From positions 64,001-128,000 of the forward strand of contig CAWJTV010000013.1 of assembly GCA_963845755.1 (NCBI GenBank): a stretch of 64,000 nucleotides of DNA. The letters are read 5' to 3'. Made by a program: the position numbers and the translations under genes. The notes beneath the pieces were generated by a model. It was not told the origin of the DNA and searched no databases. It saw only the letters and a program-made list of their open reading frames with translations. Shown here one piece after another: positions 1-10,699 of this stretch (its first letter is position 1; each line of letters opens with the position of its first letter). Source of the DNA: an uncultured Planctomycetota bacterium (GTDB lineage Bacteria > Planctomycetota > Planctomycetia > Isosphaerales > Isosphaeraceae).

Positions 1-511
1 TCGCTCGTGGCCTTGGTCATCCCGTAGTTGCAATAGACCTGGCCCGTCGCCAACTCGTCCTTGGTGAAGGACACGTGATAGTCATGGTTGAAGCTGCTTC
101 CGAAGGACGAGACCCATTTCGCACGCCAGCCCATGCGCTTCTTGAAGGCCTCGATCTTGGCGAGCGGTGCCCGCGAGACCCTGACGAAGCTCACGTCGTG
201 GTTCTCCAGGTGGACGAGGGCGCCTTCGGCATGGTCCGAATGGAACGAACAGCCGACGCACCCCTCATCCCAATCGGGGCCGAACATGAAATGGTGGATG
301 ATCAACTGGCTGCGGCCCGCGAAGAGGTCGGCGAGCGTCTCCTTGCCATCGGGCCCCTCGAAGACGTAAGACGTCGCGACCTTGACCCAGGGCAGGCGCG
401 GCGATGCCGGCTCAACTCGTCGCGGAGCCTGGTCCACTGCTTCTCCTTCTCGAGGAGTTCCTTGCGGGCCGCGATCCATTCTTCGCGAGAGACGACGGCG
501 TGATTGGCCAT
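1..511 (-). CDS. DUF899 family thioredoxin-like protein (runs off window start; frameshift near 395)
   Basis: N-terminus MANHAVVSREEWIAARKELLEKEK. The adjacent frame continues LPWVKV..YVFEGPDG..TLADLFAGRSQLIIHHFMFGPDWDEGCVGCSF, typical of DUF899. Confidence 0.85.
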
Positions 512-607
512 GGGATCCTCCTTCTCGGGCCTGCGGGGAACAGGAGATAGGGCAAGTGGCCGTTCGGTAGGCGGCCTCATCCGCGATACCACCCGCCCTG
601 AGACACC

Positions 608-1953
608 TCAGTCGTCGATCGCCTGGTAGACGGAGGTCCAGAAATCGACGCAGACGTCCGGTGGAACGGGGGAAGTCCAGCGCGCTGGGTCATCAGGATC
701 CCGATCATCTCCTCCCGAGGGTCTGAATACCAGGATGTTCCCAATCCGCCATCCCAGCCGAAACGGCCGGGAACCGCGTACACGTCGTCGCGCCGGGTGA
801 CCACGGATACGCCCAATCCCCAGCCGTGGCTGTCGAAGTAGCCACGGACTAGACCCGAGACCGCCTTCTGCTCGGGTGTGAGTTGATCGGTTGTCATGGT
901 CTCGACCGACGGCCTGGACAAGATGCGCTCGCCGTTGTGTTTGCCCTGATTCAGCATCATCTGACCGAAGGCCAGATAGTCGTTGACGGTCGAGACCAGC
1001 CCGCCGGCTCCGGACGGGAAAGCGGGCGGGCGACTCCATTGTCCGCCTTCGGCTTTGTCATAGAGCTCGAGAATCCCGGTGCGGGGGTTCGGCGCGTAAC
1101 TGGTCGCGAACCGGTCGAGCTTGGTGGCGGGCACGCTAAAGCTGGTGTCCTTCATGCCGAGGGGCTCGAAGATGCGTTCCCGGAAGAACGTCTCGAGCGG
1201 TTGGCCTGAGGCGCGTGCGATCAGCACGCTCAGTACATCCGATCCCGTATCATACAACCACTTCGCGCCCGGCTGGTCCATCAGCGGGAGCGTCCCCAGC
1301 CGGCGGACCCACTCGTCGGGCGCGGGCTGCGTCTGCGGCAGCGGCGGCCCCATCCTGATCTGCAGCTCGGTCGCGGCTTTCTGGATCGGATACGTCCCCG
1401 GCGGCGCCATGATGATGCCAAAGCCCCAGCGAAAGGTCAGCAGGTCGCGCACGGTGATCGGTCGATCGGCGGGCACGGTGTCGTCGAGCGGCCCGTCGAT
1501 CCGCTTCAGCACTCTCCGATTCGCCAGCTCGGGCAGCAGCCGATCGATCGGCTCGTCCAGCCGAATCTTGCATTCCTCGACCAGGATCATCGCCGCCACG
1601 GCCGTGATCGGCTTGGACAACGAGGCGATGCGGAAGATCGTGTCGCGAGCGATCGGGCCGCCGCCGACGGCCTTCGCGCCGATCGCGTCGACATGAACCT
1701 TGCCCCGCCGGCTCACCAGTGTGACCAGGCCGGGCACCGCGCCGCTGTCGACGTGGCGCGCCATCACGTCGTGCATCCTGCCGAGCCGCGTCTTCGAGAA
1801 TCGACCCTGGCCCATTGCGTGTCCCCCCTGCCCCGTGTTCCCCGACCGCGACGGCCGCACGGGTGCGGCCCCCGTCGCCTGCGCAGCGGCGGGCGCGGTC
1901 AGAGTACAGGACGCCGTCGCAGTCATCAAGAACGTCCGACGGTCCAATCCCAT
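608..1953 (-). CDS. Serine hydrolase, beta-lactamase family, with Tat-like signal (C-terminal frameshift)
   Basis: LDRRTFL twin-arginine leader; FRIASLSK (SxxK); LLTFRWG; QPGAKWLY; GWDGGLGT. C-terminus DFWTSVYQAIDD lies in another frame. Confidence 0.9.
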
Positions 1954-1975
1954 CGTTTCCCCCATCTCATCGGAT

Positions 1976-2470
1976 TCAGAAACGCGGCGCTCGCCCGGCG
2001 GCCCGGCGGGCGTCGGCGAGCTGACCGAGATGGGTCATCTGGTGCAGGGCGATGATCAGGATCAACTGGCCCTTTGTCAGCCCGCCAGGTTGGAACCCCG
2101 GCGGCACCTCCGTCGGCGCCCGGTCGAGCCCCTCCTCACCGATCTCGTCGATCCGCGCGAGGTTCTTCGCTCGGAGGTCGCGATAGGTCGCGAGGACCTC
2201 GTCGTAGGGCGGGTACGCTCCGGCGTCGGTCGTCGGCTGCGTGCCCTGACCAAACAGGGGCTTCCAGGCCGCGACCGGGTTCGGCTCGCCGAAGAGGAGC
2301 TGCGAGAACTCCCCCTCGACCACGGCGAGGTGTCCGACGATCCACAACGGATGGTTGCCGCCGCGCGATGTCGGCTGAGTCAGGGGCGCGTCGCGCATGT
2401 CCTCGGCGGCCCCGGTCGTCCATTCGTCGGATTTCTGCAACGCCCAGCGAATCAGGTCGGTTTGCTTCAT
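1976..2470 (-). CDS. DinB family protein
   Basis: NHPLWIVGHLA and HQMTHLGQL histidine motifs; operonic overlap with the upstream gene. Confidence 0.85.
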   Translation of the reverse strand: MKQTDLIRWALQKSDEWTTGAAEDMRDAPLTQPTSRGGNHPLWIVGHLAVVEGEFSQLLFGEPNPVAAWKPLFGQGTQPTTDAGAYPPYDEVLATYRDLRAKNLARIDEIGEEGLDRAPTEVPPGFQPGGLTKGQLILIIALHQMTHLGQLADARRAAGRAPRF

Positions 2471-2952
2471 CGTCCCATCCCCTTTCGCCGCTCGGCCACC
2501 GGTCGCTCCGCGATTTCAGCGATTCGCTTCAGGCGGATGTCCCATCCTTGGCCGACTTTCTCCCGCATCTGCTCCGGGATCAGACCGATCGCCTGGTGCG
2601 TGAGCTTGAGCCGTGTCCCGTCTCCGTCGGCCGTCAGCCGGTACTGGAGGTGGTTGACGCCGGGGAACGACATGAACATCGGCCCGCACACCTCCAGCAG
2701 GGTCGGCGGCTTGATCACCTGGACGTGCCCCCAGAAATGGCCGGAATTATTGCCCAGGTCGCGATACCAACGCCCGCCCGGCCACGGCTCGATCACCATC
2801 GGGAACGGCGTCCCGTCCGGCATCGCCCCGGACGGGCCGATCTCCTCCAGCATCGCCTCGAACGTGATCTCGATCGGCGCGGCGATCTCGATCTCTTTGA
2901 GGATGCTGATGGTCTGGATCTCCTGCTCGGCAACGCTCGTTGACATGTTCAT
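2467..2952 (-). CDS. SRPBCC/AHSA1-like domain protein
   Basis: KEIEIAAPIEITF, EPWPGGRWY, GTRLKLTH, GW signature; follows ArsR. Confidence 0.85.
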   Translation of the reverse strand: MNMSTSVAEQEIQTISILKEIEIAAPIEITFEAMLEEIGPSGAMPDGTPFPMVIEPWPGGRWYRDLGNNSGHFWGHVQVIKPPTLLEVCGPMFMSFPGVNHLQYRLTADGDGTRLKLTHQAIGLIPEQMREKVGQGWDIRLKRIAEIAERPVAERRKGMGR

Positions 2953-3314
2953 TTCACTCCATTGGTCTTGTCCCGTCCCACGGATCGCTCGTTCGCCTTG
3001 CGCTCGGCGCGCTCCTTGATTCGGTCGAGCTGGTGATCCCAGAACGGCTCGAAGGTCTGGACCCAGTCGTGGATGGGCTTGAGATGGTCCGCATTCAGTT
3101 TGTACAGCCGCTGCTGTCCCGAATGGCGCACGCCAACAAGCCCCACTCCTCTCAAGACCCGCAGGTGCTTGGACACCTGCGGCTGGGTCAGGCCAAGCGT
3201 CGCGACCACATCGCCCACCGGCCTCTCGCCCCCGGCGAGCAGGTCGAGGATCTGCCGACGCCGCGGTTCGGCGACCGCGTTGAAGGCATCCGATGTCGTC
3301 GACGCTCGTGCCAT
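2949..3314 (-). CDS. ArsR/SmtB family transcriptional regulator
   Basis: DAFNAVAEPRRRQILDLL, QPQVSKHLRVLR winged HTH. Confidence 0.92.
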   Translation of the reverse strand: MARASTTSDAFNAVAEPRRRQILDLLAGGERPVGDVVATLGLTQPQVSKHLRVLRGVGLVGVRHSGQQRLYKLNADHLKPIHDWVQTFEPFWDHQLDRIKERAERKANERSVGRDKTNGVK

Positions 3315-3519
3315 GCGGGCAGTATATACCCTAATGGGAATATTTCAAGTGCGGACGTCCGGAAACGCATGATTCGTCGGGAACGCTCGGCTCGAGCGGT
3401 CATCGCTCGGCTTGCGCACGCACTACCCCGCTTTCGAGGGGCGGCATCTTTTTGCCCTCGCCCGCATCGATGGGAGAGGGGGAAGTTCCCGGCGGCGCTC
3501 AACTCAATCGTGAAGTGCT

Positions 3520-5337
3520 CTAGCGATACGCCGCCGCCTGGATTCCGTAAAGCTCCGAATACGGACCGCCCCGGGCCACCAGCTCTTCATGGGAGCCCAC
3601 CTCGACCACTCGCGCGCCATCGAGCACAACGATGAGATCGGCCATCCGGACGGTGCTGAAGCGATGGGACACAAGGATCGTGATGCGGCCATCGGCTCCC
3701 TCTGCTTCACCTTCACCATCGAGAGTCCCGCCGTGCGCGGCGGCGGCGTAGCGTTCGAAGAGCGCGTGCTCGGTCTCGGCGTCGAGGGCCGCGGTCGGTT
3801 CGTCCAGCACCAGGAGCAATGGGCGATCGCGCATGAAGCCGCGGGCCAGGGCGAGCTTCTGCCACTGGCCGAAGCTGACCTCGACGCCATCGGGCCAGGT
3901 CGGGCCGAGCTGCGTCTCGAGGCCCGCGACCAGTCGAGCGACGACGTCGTCGGCCCCCGCGCGGTCCACGGCCGCGATGACCGCGGGCTCGTCGTCCAAT
4001 CGCGGAATATCCCCGACGCCCACGCTATGCCGCGCCGGAATTCGAACCGGTAGAAATCCTGGAATGCGCCGGAGAGCCGCGCCCGCCAGGCGTCGGCGGG
4101 CATGCGGGCCAGATCGATTCCGTCCACGAGGATGCGACCGCTCGTCGGCGGGTAGAGCCGGCACAGGAGCTTCACGAGCGTGGACTTGCCGGCGCCGTTC
4201 TCGCCCACGATGGCCACGACGGCGCCGGGCTTGATATCCAGGCAGACATCCTCGAGCACGCGGCGCTGGGTGCCGGGATAGGCGAAGGACACGTGCTCGA
4301 AGCGAATCCCGTCGGCAAGCCGCTCCGGTACGGGCGCGTCGCAGTGCTCGACCAGGGAGGCGGCGTAGTCTTCGAGCCAGGCCAGGCGCCGGGAGCCGTC
4401 GAGCCAGATCCCCCGCAGGAACCCGATCTCGCCCACCGTCGCACCGATGTACGTCGACAGCCGCGAGCCCGCCGCCAGCACCAGCAGCACATCGCTGGAT
4501 CGCGCCGGGATTCGGAGCGCGACGAACGCCACGGCGGCGACGAACCCGGCGCCGAAGATCGACCAGCCGAGCGTATGCCACAGGGCCGTCCCCCACCGCG
4601 CCGCGGCCACGGGCCCGTACCAGCGTTCCCAGGCCGCGCGGCGCCGGGCTACCAGGCGATCGCCGATGCCGGTGACGCGCACCTCCTTGCCGGGCGGGGC
4701 CGTGGTGGCCGTCACGAACAGGTGACGAGCCAGCCGGTTTGCTGGTGCGCCCCGTTCCTGGGCGGCGCGCTCCACGCCCGGTCGCCATGCGGAGGTGAGC
4801 ACCGTCGGCAGCGCCAGCACGGCCAGCAGCCCCAGCGCCGGGTGGATCGACATCAAGAGCGCCACGGTCACGCCGAGCCGGAGGATCCACCCGCATGTGG
4901 AGAACAACGACATATACATGTGATCGAGCACGAACACCTGGTCGCGGAGCATCGCGAGGCGGTTCAGTAATTCGGGGCGCTCGTGGTGCTCGATGGTGGC
5001 GACCGACGCCTGGAGACGGGCCACGTGCGCCTCGAGCGCGATGGTCAAGCGTTCGCGAAACCGGCGCTGCACTGCGCGTGCTGACCACGTTCAGGAACCA
5101 GGTGGCCGTTGCCGAGGCGCCCAGGCCCACGGCCGAGGCCATCACGAGACCTCGGTGGTGAGTCATCACTCCGTCGGCCAGCAGCTTGAGCCAGATCGCC
5201 AGCAGTGCATCGGGCAACGCCGCCAGGAGCGAGAGGCCGAACGACACCACCAGGAGCAGCGGCTCGGATTCATAGCCACGCTTGAGCGCCCGCCACATGG
5301 CGGGCAGTGCGGGCGGCAGATCGTCATGTGAGGACAT
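3520..5337 (-). CDS. ABC exporter, fused permease/ATPase (frameshifted)
   Basis: GENGAGKST Walker A, VSFGQWQK signature, LVLDEPT, SHRFSTV; N-terminal TM helices across two frames. Confidence 0.9.
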   Translation of the reverse strand: MSSHDDLPPALPAMWRALKRGYESEPLLLVVSFGLSLLAALPDALLAIWLKLLADGVMTHHRGLVMASAVGLGASATATWFLNVVSTRSAAPVSRTLDHRARGARGPSPGVGRHHRAPRAPRITEPPRDAPRPGVRARSHVYVVVLHMRVDPPARRDRGALDVDPPGAGAAGRAGAADGAHLRMATGRGARRPGTGRTSKPAGSSPVRDGHHGPARQGGARHRHRRSPGSPAPRGLGTLVRARGRGAVGDGPVAYARLVDLRRRVRRRRGVRRAPNPGAIQRCAAGAGGGLAAVDVHRCDGGRDRVPAGDLARRLPAPGLARRLRRLPGRALRRARTGAACRRDSLRARVLRLSRHPAPRARGCLPGYQARRRRGHRGRERRRQVHAREAPVPALPADERSHPRGRNRSGPHARRRLAGAALRRIPGFLPVRIPARHSVGVGDIPRLDDEPAVIAAVDRAGADDVVARLVAGLETQLGPTWPDGVEVSFGQWQKLALARGFMRDRPLLLVLDEPTAALDAETEHALFERYAAAAHGGTLDGEGEAEGADGRITILVSHRFSTVRMADLIVVLDGARVVEVGSHEELVARGGPYSELYGIQAAAYR

Positions 5338-7125
5338 CGTAGTCCACTCCTTCCTCCTCGTCGGCCGAACCAAAGCGCGAGGCTTGCAGGTCGAACATCG
5401 TGCGATAGCGGCCGCCCGCCGCCATCAGTTCCTCGTGCGTGCCCAGCTCGACCACCCGACCGTGCTCGAGCACGCAGATGCGATCCGCATGACGCACGGT
5501 CGAGAACCGGTGTGAGATGAGGATCGTCGTGGTGTGGCGCGTCGCCGCGAGGATGCGGTCGAAGATCTCGGCCTCGCCACGCACGTCGAGCTGCGCGGTG
5601 GGCTCGTCGAGCAGCACGACACCCGCGCCCAGCCGCACCGCGCACAAGGCGCGCGCCAGGGCCACACGCTGCCACTGTCCGCCGGAAAGCTCGGTGCCGC
5701 CCTCATAGCCGCGCGCCAGGATCGTGTCGAGATCGGCAAGGCCCGACGCGCCCGCGTCGGCGAGTGCCTGCCGGATCGCGTCGTCCGGCGCACCGGCGGG
5801 TGCCACGTTGTCGCGCAGGGGCAATTCGAATCGAATGAAATCCTGGAACACCGCCGTCACGCGCGATCGCCAGCCATCCAGGTCGACCTCGCGGAGGTCC
5901 ACACCGTCGACCTCGATCGCGCCGGCCTGGGGGTCATACAGTCGGCAGAGGAGTTTGGCGAGTGTCGTCTTGCCGGCGCCGTTCTGGCCCACGATGGCCA
6001 ACGACGACCCGGCGGGGATCGTGAGATCGAAGCCCTCGAGCACCGGCTCATTCGTGGCCGGGTAGGCGAAGGTCACGTTCCGGAATCGGATCGCGCGGCC
6101 GGCAGGCCGGAGGCTCCCCGCGTGCCAAGGGCTAGCGCACCGGCGGCGTCCATCGCGTCCTGGAGGCGCAATACCGCCGCGACGGGTGCGGCTGCGCCAT
6201 CGAGTGCCCACGACAGCCCACCGAAGGCGATCATGCTGGTGCCGATGGCGGCGCTCGCGAAGGTCACCACGCGATCGAGTGCCAGGACGCCCTCGGCCGC
6301 GGCGTTCGCCATCGACCAGAACACCACGACGTTGGCGGCCAGCACCACGACCAGGCTCCACGCCACCGGCTGCTCGCGCAGGCGGGTTGCCTCCCAGCGC
6401 AGCTCGAAGAGGCGGAGACGCCGCGAGCGGAACCGCTCGACCACCCAGCCCGCGAGTCCGAACAGCCGCAGCTCTTTGGCGGCCGGCGGTTCGACCGCGA
6501 GTCGATAGGCGTAGTCGGCGTGACGTTGGGCTTCGCGGACCGCCTCGGTATTCCGGTCGCGCCACACGCCGCTCTCCCGCAACAGCCAGTGCGTCGCAAG
6601 CCACGCGCCGCCCAGTATCAGTGGCGCCCACCAGGCATAGGCGGCGAGCACGACGGCCGAAGCCAGGCCCGCTACCATCAAGATCAGCCCCAAGCCGATG
6701 AAGTCCATCGAGATCGACATCGGTGGGCCGGTGATGCCGAGGTCGAAGTCGCGCGCCATCGTGAGGTCGCTGGTGAGTTTCGGGCTCTCCAGGTGGCCCA
6801 TCCCCGGCGGTCGCACGCAGGCCGAGGTAAGACGGTCGTAGAGCCATGCGGCCGTCCGGCTGCCGAGGTTGGCGCCGATGGCCTGGTGGATCTGCGCGAG
6901 CACCTGGAGCGGAACGAACACGACCCCCACCAGCACCAGCGGTACAACCAGGTTGTCGCCCCGCTGCACCGCGCCCACGAGCATGCCCATAACAATGGCG
7001 AACATCGCGGGCAAGATCCCGCGCAGCAGGAGCACGGCCCACCAGGCGATCGCCAGGGTGCGGTCCGCCTGCGGCAAGACCCCGAAGAACTTCCACTCGT
7101 TGCGTACGCGCAAGCGTTCGATCAT
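5324..7125 (-). CDS. ABC exporter, fused permease/ATPase (frameshifted), probable heterodimer partner
   Basis: GQNGAGKTT, LSGGQWQR, LLDEPT; TM domain in ORF 6073-7125. Confidence 0.9.
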
Positions 7126-7623
7126 CGGTGCGGCTTCCTTTCAGCCCCGATGAGGGAGATGGCAGCGGGACTGGCCTCCGACGCCATGCTCACCGGTCCT
7201 GCGTTGGAGACACTTCTTTATGCTTGCAGATCGCCGCTACAGCGGTCTACGCATGGCTGATTCATGGAAACAGATGTACCGTAAAAGCCGAGTGCCGTCA
7301 AGAGCGATGACGCCAGCCGGGGGAGCAACTCTGGCATCACCACTGGGGGTCATCGTCGCCGGGTGTGGGGGAGTCTCTACGTCATTTGCCTGCGAGCGGG
7401 TGAGATCCGAAGCGTCGAGACGCGATGGTCACGAGCGCGGCGGCGCGAAGCCGCCTGGAGCCTTCTGTCAATTGAGCACTCGTCTCAGCCGCAGGCGCGC
7501 CGCGGGATCGCTGGGGAGAGCCGTCCCGACGGGCCCAGGATGCGGGAGGGCGCCACGGAAGCCGAAGATCGAGGCTCGGTCTCGATCCGGGACGACGCCG
7601 TGCGCGCCGGCGACCAGGCGGCG

Positions 7624-7795
7624 CTTGGAGCGTCAGATCTGGCCCCGGCCGATGAAGAGACGCTGGTCGCCGGTCCAGGAATCGAGAATCGGGGCCTCGG
7701 ATCCCCGAGCGAGATCCTGTACGTCTTGTAGGCGATGGTCAGGCCGCCGAGGTCGCCGATGTTCTCACCCATGACGAGCGCCCCGTTGACGTGCT
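7624..7795 (-). pseudogene. Degenerate duplicate of the 3' part of the M13 peptidase gene
   Basis: Aligns by eye with about 8610-8783 (HVNGAL.MGENIGDLGGLTIAYK..RISL, DSWTGDQRLFIG..QI). Confidence 0.85.
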
Positions 7796-7836
7796 GGAAG
7801 TAGCAGACATGGTCCCTCCATTGTCACGGGACATCG

Positions 7837-8350
7837 CTAAACGGAATCTCCGGGCCGGCTCGTCGGTCGATCGATTCGGGCGGGTCCGCTGACCAATTGC
7901 ATCACGAGGATCGCCAGGGCCGTCAGTCCGGCCCAGAGGAAACCATCGATGATCGCCATGAGAGCACCGGCACGAACTCGATCAGGCCCATGAGTTTCCC
8001 GGCGACGAGATAATCGCGCAGCGTACCCACGACCGCCAAGACGCCCAGGAAGACAGCCAGGCCACACCCGCCGAACCGCCGCATCACGGTCCAGCCGATC
8101 AAGGCGAGGAAGGCGAGGATCACAACAATCGCCGGGTACATGGCCACTGGTCCAACGGGCGTGTCGTCGGACGTATACCGCCACCATCCCCGCGCGTGAG
8201 CCAGGGCTTCCACGCCCAGGCCAACGATTGCAACAACCCCGCCGCCGGCCAGGGCTCCCACGACACGACGCGCGGTCGCCCTGGAGAAGTAGATCGCGGC
8301 AGCCAGCAACGAGAGGTACACGCAACTGGCCAGGATGAGGATCTGCGTCA
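7837..8350 (-). CDS. Hypothetical multi-pass membrane protein (frameshifted)
   Basis: MTQILILASCVYLSLLAAAIYF... with about 5 hydrophobic segments; GAGGT RBS before the start. Confidence 0.7.
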
Positions 8351-8441
8351 TGGCCACGCACCTCCCGTCACAGCTTTGTAGGGTTATCTGTGAGCACTGG
8401 CTTATAGCTGGAACAGTGCTCCTCGGGCATCCTACCAACGC

Positions 8442-10503
8442 TTACCAGATCCGCACGCGGCGGTCGGGCGGGAGCCAGAGCTTGTCTCCCTCCTTGACGC
8501 CGAACGCGGCGTAGAACTCGGAGAGATTCCGAACGACGCCGTTGCATCGGAATTCGGTGGGCGAGTGGGGATCCGTGGCCAGTCGGCGGATCAGCTCGGC
8601 GTCGCGATACTTGGAGCGCCAGATCTGGCCCCAGCCAATGAAGAGGCGCTGGTCGCCGGTCCAGGAATCGAGGACCGGGGCCTCGGATCCCTTGAGCGAG
8701 ATCTTGTACGCCTTGTAGGCGATGGTCAGGCCGCCGAGGTCGCCGATGTTCTCGCCGATGGTGAGCGCCCCGTTGACGTGCTGCCCGGGAAGCTGGGCGG
8801 GCGAGAAGCCGTTGTACTGCTCGATCAGCATTTTGGCCCGCTTCTCGAATTCCTGGCGATCGGCGTCGGTCCACCAGTTCTTCATGTTGCCGTCGCCGTC
8901 GAACTTCGACCCCTGATCGTCGAAGCCGTGGCCGATCTCGTGGCCGATGACCGCGCCGATGCCCCCGTAATTCACCGCATCGTCGGCGGTCCGGTCGAAG
9001 AACGGCGGCTGGAGGATCGCGGCCGGGAAGACGATCTCGTTGAAGCCCGGGTTGTAGTAGGCGTTGACCGTCTGCGGGGTCATGCCCCATTCGGTCCGGT
9101 CCACCGGCTTACCGAGCTTGGCGATGTTGCGATCGACTTCGAAAGCATGCGCGCGGCGGACGTTGCCGACCAGGTCGTCGCGACGGATCTCCAGCTTGGA
9201 GTAGTCGCGCCACTTGTCGGGATAGCCGATCTTGGGCGTGAACCTGGCGAGCTTCTCGAGGGCTTTCTTCTTGGTCTCGGGGCTCATCCAGTCGAGGTGC
9301 TGGATGTCCTCGCGATAGGCTTCGATCAGGTTCCGCACGAGCTCTTGCATCCGCGCCTTGGCCTCGGGCGGGAAGTGGCGCGCGACGTACAGTTTGCCGG
9401 CCGCCTCGCCCAGCGAACCCTCGACAAGCATGACGCCGCGCTTCCAGCGCGGGGGAGCTCGGTGGCACCGCTGAGCTTCCGCGCGAAGGCAAAATCCTCG
9501 TCCACGATGGTTTTATTCAAATAGCCCGCCGTCGAATCGATGACGTTCCAGGTCAGCCAGGTCTTCCATTGGTCCAGCGGGATCTCGCCGAACGTCCCGG
9601 CCATCGCCGTGAAATAGTCGGGCTGACGGACGATGACGTCCGATACGTCCTTGGCTCCCGCGGCCTCGAAGTAGATCGACCAGTCAAATCCGGGGGTCAG
9701 GGCGTCGAGCGCCGCGCGGTCTTTCTTATTGTAAGTCAGAGTCTGATCGCGGCTCTTGACGCGGTCCCAGTGCTGCCTGGCCAGCCGGGTCTCCAGGTCC
9801 ATCACCTGCTTGGCCGCCGCGGCCGGCTCGGACCTGCCGGTCAGCGCGAACATCCGTTCCACATGCGCGACGAACGCCCCCCGGATCGGCTGGAACTTCG
9901 GGTCGCGATAATACGACTCGTCCGGCAGGCTGATCCCGCCCTGAGACACGTAGACGATCTCACGGTCCGACTGTTTGGCATCGGGCGACACCAACAGCCG
10001 GAAGGTCCCGCCGATCCCCTGGTGCTGGAATTCGGCGAGGGTGCGGAGCAGTTCCGCCTTGTCCTTGATCGCGTCGATCCGCGCAAGGTCGGCCCGGATC
10101 GGCTGGAGCCCCAGCTCCTCAGCTTTCTTCTCATCCAGGAACCCGGCATAGAGGTCGCCGATCTTCTGGGCCTCGGAGCCGCGCGACTGAGCCGCTTGTT
10201 GGGCCGTCCCCTCGATGATCGCCCGGAGATCCTTCAGCGCGTTATCCCGCAACTCCATGAAGGAGCCGAAATAGCCATACTCGGCCGGGATCTTGGCCTC
10301 GGCCAGCCATCCGCCGTTGATGTGGCGGAACAAATCATCCTGGGGCCGCGCCTTGGCGTCGAAGCCCGATTTTGTGATGCCTGACTTGACGGACGGATCC
10401 GCAGCGCCGCGCGCGGACCCGTTCCCCAGCAGACGACGACCAGACTTGTGGCCAGCAACGTCACGCCCGATGCCATGTACGGCTGCACTCTCATGCGTCC
10501 CAT
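8442..10503 (-). CDS. M13 family metallopeptidase (neprilysin/PepO-like), frameshifted
   Basis: PQDDLFRHING, VNAYY, GHEIGHGFDDQG (HExxH), GENIGD, TDPHSP. Confidence 0.95.
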
Positions 10504-10546
10504 TCCTCAATGATGATAAATCCCACCGCCAGTCCGACTTCGGCCC

Positions 10547-10605
10547 GTAGGTCAGGCTTTCCGGCCTGACCGCATTGCAATGTCAGCCTGGCAAGCCTGA
10601 CCTAT
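10547..10605. repeat. GTAG-type REP-like inverted doublet
   Basis: GTAGGTCAGGCTTTCCGGCCTGAC ... GTCAGCCTGGCAAGCCTGACCTAT; related copies at 47287 and 49235. Confidence 0.8.
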
Positions 10606-10699
10606 GGGGCTGCCGGAGTCGGATCTTACCATCGTGGCGCTCGATCGGGAGGGCACAAGAGCAAACCGCATCCGCGGGCGTTGCACGGGCGGCCGGGGT

